A stretch of DNA of 55,078 nucleotides, taken from the IMG/VR virus record IMGVR_UViG_3300045988_069178; one strand, given 5' to 3'. Below, in pieces: positions 1 through 6,901 of the stretch (the stretch's first letter is position 1; each line of letters opens with the position of its first letter). The position numbers and the translations under genes are program-made. The stretch is from a virus. Under the pieces are notes generated by a model. It was not told the origin of the DNA, made no database searches, and worked only from the letters and a program-made list of their open reading frames with translations.

Positions 1-99
1 ATTTTTTTTCAATAAATCTCTGAAAAGCCATTTTTACACTGCTTTCAGAATTACCCCCGATAATGTGTGCTATTTGAATCCAAGTTTTGTTTTCTAAGA
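1..99. repeat. Terminal direct repeat, copy 1 (identical to 54980..55078)
   Basis: Bases 1-99 recur exactly at 54980-55078, so the unique length is 54979 bp. Consistent with a circularly closed assembly or terminal redundancy. Confidence 0.97.
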
Positions 100-433
100 A
101 TCTAAGATTAATTATTCTTCTCATCCTGCTATCATCAATGCTTGTAATAAACTGTTCAACCTCATTGGTTTTTTCCAACAAATCATCTTCAAGCAACTGC
201 AATGTGGCTTTTCTGGCATAAAGAAGTGTTTTCTTTCTGCTGTACTCTGGAAATGGTATGCCCTCAATCTTAAAATGCTGTTTACCGCCATTGCCGCCGC
301 TAACAGAATCTATAACCATTTCTCCGGCTTCGATTTTGCTTATATCTTTTTCAAGCCGTTCTATCTTTAGTCTTACTTCTTTTACTTCTTCTTGTAAGTC
401 AGAATATTGTGATAAAACTTCCTTTGTTACCAT
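1..433 (-). CDS. Coiled-coil plus C-terminal HTH protein (sigma-70 region-4 / ArpU-like); ORF crosses the window junction
   Basis: ATG at 433 follows a GGAGGG RBS. 144 codons stay open to base 1. The TAA stop is completed by 54979-54978 once the repeat is circularised. C-terminus RMRRIINLRFLENKTWIQIAHIIGGNSESSVKMAFQRF looks like a sigma region-4 HTH. Confidence 0.65.
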   Translation of the reverse strand, partial: MVTKEVLSQYSDLQEEVKEVRLKIERLEKDISKIEAGEMVIDSVSGGNGGKQHFKIEGIPFPEYSRKKTLLYARKATLQLLEDDLLEKTNEVEQFITSIDDSRMRRIINLRFLENKTWIQIAHIIGGNSESSVKMAFQRFIEKK

Positions 434-446
434 AAATTCCCTCCTG

Positions 447-2213
447 TTATATAGGACTTGACATAATGACTGTTTGCGTTGCTTTTTTATCTATTACTAT
501 TGCAAGCTGTGTTATCGAATCGCTTGCATCATCGTGTGGATTTTTACCCTCTGATGTATACATTGTAAATTCATCCATAGCATCTTGATACATCTGTGTT
601 CTTATGTAAGTTGGTCTATCATCTATCGCAAGATACTGCCTGCTCATAAGGAAAATAAAAGTTTCTTTTACTCTGTCAGAATATCCTTTGATTTTTTCCT
701 CTTTAGGCAGTTTTGTATTTGCGTAATATGGAATAATTCTACAGAAATATACATTTTGCTTTTTCATTTCAGCTTTTATACTGTCCGTTATTAGCTTCCC
801 ACCAGCATTTTGTTCAATGTGCAATTCTGTTATGTAATGTTTCTTGATAGCTGCTACAACCAATGGAACTGTAACCGCCTGTGTGCCTTTTTTATATACC
901 CAATCAATAATATATTTCTGCTTTCCGCCAAAATCAGCACATACCGGCATTGATAAATTATCAGCTCCGCCAAAAGCCGGGTCACACAATGCAATTACTT
1001 TCCGTTCTTTGTTTTCCAGCTCCTGGTTAAAGTCTCCATTGAAAAATCTCAATTCATTGTCTGGGAATAGTAATCCCTCACGAACATAAGGTTTTTGCAT
1101 AAACTTAGCCATCCATTCAGCCTTGTCAAGTTTTTCTCTCATATCCCTGTAATATGCTGTTGAAAAGCCATTTATTTCATAATCAAAGTTACTTTCGTCA
1201 TTTTCATCAAGTGCCGGTATTCTTCTGAACCTGTATTGCGGGTCATTTTCGTATTGTTTTCTCATTCGTTCCAATGGGTCAAGGACATTCCATAATGTAC
1301 CAACCATAAGTTCTCTTGCCCCATCGTTTTTTCGGTCAACCATTTTGTTTAGATATTCTTGATAAGTATTTTCCATTCGCATAGGCGACAATGAATGTTC
1401 TCTATCTCTTACCAAGTCATCTACATACAAATATCCATCTTTTGACACATCAACTGCACCAGTCCAAGTTCCATCAATACCACGGCAAGTAACTGTCGCA
1501 AATCTGTCTGGATTTCCAAGGGTTATTGTAAATTCATCAGCGCTTTTATCTGTTACAAGCGGTTTATTTGCGTATTCTGGATTCCAAAAATAAAATAATT
1601 CAGAAAATGTATATTCTTCCGTAGTAAATAAGTTCATAAGTTCTTTATAAAAGCCTTTTGCAAGTATTCCAGAGTGACCGCCCATAGCTGAATGGCTGTT
1701 AGGTCTGCGTAACGATACCCACGCAAGGAAGAATATACAAATTGTGGACTTTCCAACTCTTGATGGCATTGATAATCCATAAAATTTAATTATTCTGTTT
1801 TCAAGGTCTTGCAAATCATTGACAACTATTTTAAGGGTGTGTCGTCTTGGAAAATAAAACCTTTTGCTATAATGTCTTTTCCGTTCCATATAAAACATAA
1901 AGCTCTCAAAATCATAATAACTTTCAGTTTTAAGAGTTTTATACCATTTGTCAATTAAAGGATATTCTTCATCGTTGTCTTGAGCATATTTTTCTAAGTC
2001 CCATATTCCAACGCCGCTATGCTCCACGCAAAACCGCTCTATAATCTCTTTGCAGCGTTTTGTTAGTTGCAATCCATACGGAATATCTTTTTCGGTCTTA
2101 ATTGCCACTTCTGACGCTTCTATGTATGCGTCCATAACGCTTTCATCTATTCCGTTTTTTTCTATGTAATTTTCATATCCGTTTACTGTGGAAATAAGGC
2201 TCTGACTAGCCAT
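447..2213 (-). CDS. terL: Terminase large subunit
   Basis: 589 aa from ATG 2213 (GGAGGTG RBS; the track ORF starts 30 nt upstream). Walker A-like GLSMPSRVGKST, a downstream acidic Walker B region and a C-terminal nuclease-like half. Size and position are typical of TerL. Confidence 0.93.
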   Translation of the reverse strand: MASQSLISTVNGYENYIEKNGIDESVMDAYIEASEVAIKTEKDIPYGLQLTKRCKEIIERFCVEHSGVGIWDLEKYAQDNDEEYPLIDKWYKTLKTESYYDFESFMFYMERKRHYSKRFYFPRRHTLKIVVNDLQDLENRIIKFYGLSMPSRVGKSTICIFFLAWVSLRRPNSHSAMGGHSGILAKGFYKELMNLFTTEEYTFSELFYFWNPEYANKPLVTDKSADEFTITLGNPDRFATVTCRGIDGTWTGAVDVSKDGYLYVDDLVRDREHSLSPMRMENTYQEYLNKMVDRKNDGARELMVGTLWNVLDPLERMRKQYENDPQYRFRRIPALDENDESNFDYEINGFSTAYYRDMREKLDKAEWMAKFMQKPYVREGLLFPDNELRFFNGDFNQELENKERKVIALCDPAFGGADNLSMPVCADFGGKQKYIIDWVYKKGTQAVTVPLVVAAIKKHYITELHIEQNAGGKLITDSIKAEMKKQNVYFCRIIPYYANTKLPKEEKIKGYSDRVKETFIFLMSRQYLAIDDRPTYIRTQMYQDAMDEFTMYTSEGKNPHDDASDSITQLAIVIDKKATQTVIMSSPI

Positions 2214-2316
2214 AAGAAAAGCACCTCCACTTTTAAAAAGCAAAGGTGCTTATAGACCTCTGCCTATAACTGTTTTAGGGTAGCGACTACAATCAATCTG
2301 TAGCCGGTATTTTTAT

Positions 2317-2553
2317 TTACATTCTAGGGAAATAATAAAAATTCCATCCGTTTTTTATCTTTTGTTCTCTACACCAAGGCAAATACTCATTAAGTTTTCT
2401 ATTAAAATCCATATTTGCACTGTATTCATCCCAAGCCTTTTGATTTATTTTGAGCCTTTTTCCTGTTATGATGTGGTCAATTAGAAAATATACACCCAAG
2501 AATAAAAATGCGGCTCCTGCTATCGCAAGCATTACTATTATTTGCATTTTCAA
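2317..2553 (-). CDS. Small membrane protein
   Basis: 78 aa with an N-terminal TM helix (IIVMLAIAGAAFLFLGVYFLI) and a GGAG RBS. Confidence 0.6.
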   Translation of the reverse strand: MKMQIIVMLAIAGAAFLFLGVYFLIDHIITGKRLKINQKAWDEYSANMDFNRKLNEYLPWCREQKIKNGWNFYYFPRM

Positions 2554-2559
2554 ACACTC

Positions 2560-2787
2560 CTAACAATTTATTTTGATACCCTCTGTTAATATGGCAGTTT
2601 TATCCTCATTCAAAATTACATTTCCGTTTTCATCTGTTTTATGCCATTGTGCATTAACTTTAATCATTGGACTTTGCTTTGTATGAGCGATAAAATGCAA
2701 TTCTATATCGGTACATCTTACTTTTTTGCCGTCAATAAACACTTGTGCAGTTTTGCCATCGGATATTATCTTAATTTTCTCATTCAT
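2560..2787 (-). CDS. Hypothetical protein
   Basis: 75 aa. The ATG lies inside the upstream stop region (GAGGAATGAATGAG), indicating translational coupling. Confidence 0.55.
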   Translation of the reverse strand: MNEKIKIISDGKTAQVFIDGKKVRCTDIELHFIAHTKQSPMIKVNAQWHKTDENGNVILNEDKTAILTEGIKINC

Positions 2788-2986
2788 TCCTCATAAACTT
2801 CCTTGCTTCCTCCATTATTTTAGAACCCCTAGCAGAAGTCATTTCAATATGGCTTTGTGGCAGTCTGCCAAACTTTTCCAAAGCATATTTTTCTACTTCT
2901 TCTCTTGAAATATCTATACCAAAATTTCTCAATGCTTCTTTAGATGGCGATTGATACTCCGATGAAGGGTTATCAATGTTGTTCAT
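2780..2986 (-). CDS. Hypothetical protein (C-terminus KFMRNE)
   Basis: 68 aa. Overlapping start/stop junctions with both neighbours. Confidence 0.55.
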   Translation of the reverse strand: MNNIDNPSSEYQSPSKEALRNFGIDISREEVEKYALEKFGRLPQSHIEMTSARGSKIMEEARKFMRNE

Positions 2987-3162
2987 TCCTCACAGGCCTC
3001 CATCTTTGTCAATAATTCCCTTATCTGTTTCTTTAGTCTCTTCTCTGTTGCATTAAAATCCGCAAGCCTTACAAAATCTTCGTTTTCCTTAGCTTCTTCA
3101 AACGCTGAACAGAGTCCATTGTTTTTGTATCTATATACCGGTATCGCATATATATCACTCAT
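2983..3162 (-). CDS. Hypothetical protein (59 aa, below the ORF-track cutoff)
   Basis: My translation gives MSDIYAIPVYRYKNNGLCSAFEEAKENEDFVRLADFNATEKRLKKQIRELLTKMEACEE. It exactly fills the 2987-3154 gap. ATG 3162 overlaps the upstream TGA, and its own TGA overlaps ATG 2986. Confidence 0.55.
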   Translation of the reverse strand: MSDIYAIPVYRYKNNGLCSAFEEAKENEDFVRLADFNATEKRLKKQIRELLTKMEACEE

Positions 3163-3370
3163 TTCTCATAAACCTCTCAAAATCTCTCCTACACTTAGGA
3201 CATAATTCAAAACTATTTCTTTCTCTTTGCGTTTTTCTCTTATAAATAGCTCCACAGATACCAAGGCTGTATGATTGCTTTTCTACTTCAATATCCACAA
3301 TAGCACTATAGTTGTACTCGATTTCCACACCGCACCTGTCGCAAGTGTGCCATTCTTTTTGATGTTTCAT
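3155..3370 (-). CDS. Zinc-ribbon protein
   Basis: 71 aa with two CxxC pairs (CDRC ... CPKC). C-terminus RFMRNE. Confidence 0.6.
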   Translation of the reverse strand: MKHQKEWHTCDRCGVEIEYNYSAIVDIEVEKQSYSLGICGAIYKRKTQRERNSFELCPKCRRDFERFMRNE

Positions 3371-3558
3371 TCTTCCACCAACTTTCTACCGCAGATAGGG
3401 CAATAATTGATTTCAAACTCCCCCTTTCCATATTCTTCACCGCTGTTGTCATAGCAAAGTTTATAGCAATAGCCATAATTAGTTGATTCTATATATGCTC
3501 TGCCATATGTATAGCCATTTTCAATCTTCTTCTTTTTACCATTGCAAAATTCACACAT
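3367..3558 (-). CDS. Zinc-ribbon protein
   Basis: 63 aa from ATG 3558, with a GGGGGAAG RBS one nt after the upstream TGA. CEFC ... CPIC. The longer track ORF (to 3603) has no RBS. Confidence 0.6.
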   Translation of the reverse strand: MCEFCNGKKKKIENGYTYGRAYIESTNYGYCYKLCYDNSGEEYGKGEFEINYCPICGRKLVEE

Positions 3559-3559
3559 A

Positions 3560-3748
3560 TCACTTCTTCCCCCATAAATTATCCGGTAATTCCTCACCAC
3601 CATAAATCTTGTTAGCGTATTTCTTAAATGTCGGTACGCTACAACCTGCTACTTTTGCCGCTTTTACCTGTGAAACCCGCCCCGATATGTATAGGTTTAT
3701 TGCTTCATAGAACTTATCTTTGTTTAGTGGGTGTACGCCTGCTGCCAT
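3560..3748 (-). CDS. Small HTH DNA-binding protein
   Basis: 62 aa with an AAGGAG RBS before ATG 3748. HTH-like segment VSQVKAAKVAGCSVPTFKKYANK. Confidence 0.6.
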   Translation of the reverse strand: MAAGVHPLNKDKFYEAINLYISGRVSQVKAAKVAGCSVPTFKKYANKIYGGEELPDNLWGKK

Positions 3749-3769
3749 AATAATCACTCCTTGTCTGTT

Positions 3770-3940
3770 TTACATCATTTTCTGTATCATAATTGCCAAT
3801 ATACCTGTCAGTAAACATATAATTATCAGCATTCCCTCTTTAACAGCTGTTGCAATAGATATATCTTCTCTTTCAATGTATTTGATATTGTAGTAAACCC
3901 ATATCAGCAGCACTATGCCTAATATTAATTTCATAAACAT
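3770..3940 (-). CDS. Small two-helix membrane protein (56 aa, below cutoff)
   Basis: My translation gives MFMKLILGIVLLIWVYYNIKYIEREDISIATAVKEGMLIIICLLTGILAIMIQKMM. It fills the 3758-3947 gap and has an AAGGA RBS. Confidence 0.5.
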   Translation of the reverse strand: MFMKLILGIVLLIWVYYNIKYIEREDISIATAVKEGMLIIICLLTGILAIMIQKMM

Positions 3941-3947
3941 TGTTCCT

Positions 3948-4934
3948 TTACATCTCTATAAATCTATTTGCCAGCTTGCCAAGATATTCAGCGTTGGCAA
4001 AATGTGTTATTGAGTAGTTAGTGCTTTCTCTATGTTCTCTGATGAAATGGTCGTTAATCATTCTCTGTAAAACTGTAATGCCCTTATCGTCTGTTTCGTA
4101 TATAGCGTCAATGTCGAAATGTCCGTGTTCTGTATCTGTGATAGTTGATAGGACAAAACATACATTCTTTAATGTCTTATCTGTAAGTATTGGGTGTACT
4201 TTGCGGAAATAGATTTCATATAACTGCATATACATCTTAAATCCATCCTTAACGCAATCACATATAGCTGAATTATCTATGTCGTTGTCACAGATGTTAT
4301 TGAACCTATCAACCATATCTTTTTCTTTAAGCAACATTTCATCTCTTGTGGCAGCTCTTGCCGTCGGTTTCTCTGAAAACGATGTATGTACCTCTCCATC
4401 AATGTTAATTGATGTATTGTCCTTATTAGTAATTTCTGGATTATAATCTCTGTTTATATTCTCTGTAGTAATCTCTGGTAATGGTCTGTCGTTTTGTCCT
4501 TCTCGACAGGTCATTCTGTCCTGTCGGTCTGTCATATTGTCTTGTCGATTTGTCATTCTGTCCTCATCGGAATTAAATTTATCCACAAGTTCCTGTAGTT
4601 TCTTAGTATTTATTGTGTACCACTTTGTTTTATCAATAGCTAATTTATTGTAATTAGCTGATATAACAATTCCTTTACTTTCAAGCCTTGTGAATGTTCT
4701 CTGTATCGTTTTTTCACTCCAATACGGAAAATCTTTAGCTTTCCAATCGCTGTATGAGTTATATACCCAATATCTGTCGTCAATAAAATTTTTACCGGCT
4801 TTTTTATTAATTTCTATCCAGTAATTTAACTGATTAAGCACTATTGCTTCGTTTAAATCTCCTAAAACAAGTGCTAAATCGGTGTTTACAATAAGTGTCT
4901 TTGATTTGTCAATAAATAATTCTTTAAAATTCAT
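3948..4934 (-). CDS. Replication initiator / replisome-organiser-like protein (N-terminal winged helix)
   Basis: 328 aa with a GGAGG RBS. The N-terminus (LNEAIVLNQLNYW ... YWSEKTIQRTFTRLESKGIV) matches my memory of the wHTH of phage/plasmid replication initiators. Contains in-frame 21-bp tandem repeats. Confidence 0.7.
   Translation of the reverse strand: MNFKELFIDKSKTLIVNTDLALVLGDLNEAIVLNQLNYWIEINKKAGKNFIDDRYWVYNSYSDWKAKDFPYWSEKTIQRTFTRLESKGIVISANYNKLAIDKTKWYTINTKKLQELVDKFNSDEDRMTNRQDNMTDRQDRMTCREGQNDRPLPEITTENINRDYNPEITNKDNTSINIDGEVHTSFSEKPTARAATRDEMLLKEKDMVDRFNNICDNDIDNSAICDCVKDGFKMYMQLYEIYFRKVHPILTDKTLKNVCFVLSTITDTEHGHFDIDAIYETDDKGITVLQRMINDHFIREHRESTNYSITHFANAEYLGKLANRFIEM
4483..4565. 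repeat. Three to four tandem ~21-bp iteron-like repeats inside the rep-like gene
   Basis: ggtctgtcgttttgtcct / tctcgacaggtcattctgtcct / gtcggtctgtcatattgtctt / gtcgatttgtcattctgtcct. These encode the heptad repeats DRMTNRQ / DNMTDRQ / DRMTCRE. Confidence 0.75.
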
Positions 4935-5051
4935 AAATTACCTCCTGTGAAAGATAATAGCACTCCGCTTGTGCTTAATCTGTGAATAACAAAACAACAA
5001 ACAGGCAGTTCACAGGTCTGCTTTTCGGTAGCTAACCTAGTTTGTTGTAAT

Positions 5052-5250
5052 TGATGTGGTGTGGATTTGAACCACACATGAGATTTCGTCAGTTAGTCTG
5101 CACCTACGAATAGGGATAGATGGATTTTTATTTTCTAACGGATTTATAGGTGTGATTGCTTACAGCTATTTACCAGACTTGTTCTAGCAATCCTTGTTGC
5201 ACACCTTTCTCTTAACCACCGGTTAGCGTTTACCCATTCCGCCACACATC
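5052..5250 (-). ncRNA. tRNA-like element: canonical T-arm plus acceptor 3' strand, with the complementary 5' strand ~190 nt upstream
   Basis: Minus strand reads UGUGG-UUCAAAU-CCACA-CCACAUC-A at 5052-5076. The complementary GAUGUGU lies at 5244-5250, followed by a D-arm-like GCG-GAAUGGGUAAA-CGC. No anticodon arm can be drawn. The interior folds into long stems (AGGUGU/ACACCU, GAUUGCU/AGCAAUC). Confidence 0.35.
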
Positions 5251-5325
5251 AACTCACATATAGATGGTTTTAGAGAAATACAGATAACCAGCAACTTGTT
5301 TCTCTTTTCAGTTTACATGTGAGAA

Positions 5326-5408
5326 CGCCGACAGTAGGAATCGAACCTACACAACATTTCTGCTGGATAGCTTAGCAAGCTACTGGAATACCATTATCCC
5401 ATATCGGC
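5326..5408 (-). tRNA. tRNA-Ser (anticodon GCU)
   Basis: Hand-folded cloverleaf. Acceptor GCCGAUA/UGUCGGC, D stem GGAU/AUUC, anticodon stem GUAGC/GCUAU with loop UUGCUAA, long variable arm CAGCA-GAAA-UGUUG, T arm GUAGG-UUCGAUU-CCUAC. No encoded CCA. Confidence 0.85.
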
Positions 5409-5565
5409 AAGCGGTGGTTTTTTACTTGGTTATCACCACCCAAGGATTTTTTAGTCAGCCGCAAGCGGCTCAATCCAGTTCCCTGTGCTAAGTTTAACCG
5501 GTATATTGATTAGCACCTGCATTTCTCTAATAAACGCACTAGGGGTGTACTGGCAACATCGCCAA
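5409..5565 (-). ncRNA. Structured non-tRNA spacer RNA within the tRNA array
   Basis: 157 nt between two tRNAs with no T-loop. Contains a 7-bp stem GUGCUAA/UUAGCAC, the hairpin AGCCG-CUUG-CGGCU enclosed by GGAUU/AAUCC, and an H-type pseudoknot candidate CUUGG-GUGGU-GAUAA-CCAAG-UAAAAA-ACCAC. Confidence 0.35.
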
Positions 5566-5655
5566 TGGGGAAGAGAGGAATTGAACCTCCAATGTTTACC
5601 GCAAGGGAACAGATTTACAGTCTGCTGCAACACCGCCAATCGTTGCCGCTTCTCC
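5566..5655 (-). tRNA. tRNA-Tyr (anticodon GUA)
   Basis: Acceptor GGAGAAG/CUUCCCC with one A:C mismatch at 3:70. D stem GCAAC/GUUGC, anticodon stem GCAGA/UCUGU with loop CUGUAAA, a long variable arm as in bacterial Tyr, and T arm GGAGG-UUCAAUU-CCUCU. Confidence 0.75.
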
Positions 5656-5659
5656 AAAA

Positions 5660-5743
5660 CGCCGTGTCAGGGAATCGAACCCCGGAGGCTTTTACGCCCA
5701 GACAGTTTTCAAGACTGCTTCCTCGACCAACCGGACACACGGC
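5660..5743 (-). tRNA. tRNA-Ser (anticodon UGA)
   Basis: Acceptor GCCGUGU/ACACGGC, D stem UCC/GGA, anticodon stem GCAGU/ACUGU with loop CUUGAAA, a long variable arm, and T arm CGGGG-UUCGAUU-CCCUG. Confidence 0.82.
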
Positions 5744-5958
5744 ATATGCCGCCTGTAACGGCTATCAAGAATTTTGTAATAAATAGTCGGGGGTATTAAG
5801 AAAAATCCTTGATAAGTTGAATTTCACACCTCTGTGCGAGGTAAAACCTCTCGGATAGTCTTGCACTACCCTTAACTGAACAAATCCAAAGAGGTAAATA
5901 TTGAAAGGAGGTCCATCTTGGTTGCAAAGATAGACTGTCAATAAAAAGTAAGCTGAAC
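5744..5958 (-). ncRNA. Structured non-tRNA spacer RNA within the tRNA array
   Basis: 215 nt with no T-loop. Contains an 11-bp stem UCAAGGAUUUU/AAAAUUCUUGA, the hairpin GAGGU-UUU-ACCUC nested in GUGC/GCAC, and the hairpin GCCG-UUACAGG-CGGC. Confidence 0.3.
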
Positions 5959-6029
5959 TGCCCTTGTTGGACTCGAACCAACGAATGCAGGAATCAAAAT
6001 CCTGTGCCTTACCGCTTGGTGAAAGGGCA
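5959..6029 (-). tRNA. tRNA-Gln (anticodon UUG)
   Basis: 71 nt: UGCCCUU-UC-ACC-AAGCGGUAA-GGC-A-CAGGA-UUUUGAU-UCCUG-CAUUC-GUUGG-UUCGAGU-CCAAC-AAGGGCA. From memory, this is close to bacterial tRNA-Gln architecture. Confidence 0.9.
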
Positions 6030-6125
6030 AAAATGTGATTTATTCTCTGACATATATTCATCACTGCCGCAGTGTACTATTCTTTGTAGCAATTTATACG
6101 CATTGGTCAGACACGGCATTAAATA

Positions 6126-6485
6126 TTATTTTGATAATTCTATGTACTTGTCAATGTACCACTTGGCTTTTTTAATATCCTCTAAGCCATTCTTGTTATT
6201 ATGTCTGTAAATGTACTTAAAGGCATTACATAAGCAAAAGTTCTCAACGGCTTCCTTGCCCTGTGTTTCCAACATAACATCTATACATTCAAAGCTGCCA
6301 GTCTCATAGTGGCTCGGATGATTAACATTGTCGTTTACCGGCTTTTCATTGATACTAGGTGCAACATCTTTGAGAGGTGTAAAATTGTTATTTTCCCCAC
6401 CGCTTACAATGCAATCATTGCATGGTCGCTCGTTAAATTGTTTCAGCTTATTTTCACAATTAAGGCACATATTTGTCGAACTCAT
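6126..6485 (-). CDS. DUF3310-family protein with N-terminal Cys cluster
   Basis: 119 aa. Motif HPSHY ... ECIDV ... CNAFKYIYR ... DIKKAKWYI matches my memory of DUF3310. Confidence 0.7.
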   Translation of the reverse strand: MSSTNMCLNCENKLKQFNERPCNDCIVSGGENNNFTPLKDVAPSINEKPVNDNVNHPSHYETGSFECIDVMLETQGKEAVENFCLCNAFKYIYRHNNKNGLEDIKKAKWYIDKYIELSK

Positions 6486-6901
6486 TAAATATCACCTGCC
6501 TGTCTATGATTAGCTCTGTAAGAATCAAAGCCATTCGGATAACGTGCTATAAGCTTATCTATGTTTGTCTGCATTACATCATCAAGACCGAATCCGCAAG
6601 CTTCGCATATCATAGCAACGTACCACATTACATCTCCGCACTCTTTCTTGAGGTGTTCTAAGTCTATGCCTTTTTCGTGGAATATGCCCTTTTTAACGAG
6701 GTCTGATACTTCGCCGGCTTCACCAGTTAAACCTAAGACACCATTAAGAAGCCCTGCTATGTCATTTATATTGCTACACTTGACTTGATATTCAAGCATA
6801 GGACCAATTGGAGGCATGCTAGTTAATTCAATATATAATCTACGATATGCATTTTTGTCGTTAGTACGCATAGCCAATTTTTGGTACTCATTGCCCTGCA
6901 T
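6485..6901 (-). CDS. mazG: MazG-like nucleoside triphosphate pyrophosphohydrolase
   Basis: 138 aa with an AGGAG RBS. The GLTGEAGEV ... ECGDVMWY motifs are typical of all-alpha NTP-PPase (MazG). Confidence 0.8.
   Translation of the reverse strand: MQGNEYQKLAMRTNDKNAYRRLYIELTSMPPIGPMLEYQVKCSNINDIAGLLNGVLGLTGEAGEVSDLVKKGIFHEKGIDLEHLKKECGDVMWYVAMICEACGFGLDDVMQTNIDKLIARYPNGFDSYRANHRQAGDI

Noticed and set aside
5052-5250. tmRNA, or a group I intron-containing tRNA.
   Set aside because: There is no G3:U70/GGGG-type alanine acceptor and no tag reading frame. The insertion of ~120 nt is shorter than known group I introns, and I could not place P3-P7-like elements. It is kept only as a tRNA-like element of unknown nature.
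5326-6029. Alternative genetic code or suppressor tRNAs, as seen in some gut phages.
   Set aside because: All four anticodons are sense (GCU, GUA, UGA read as Ser, UUG). ORFs of 1301 and 1322 aa are uninterrupted under the standard code.
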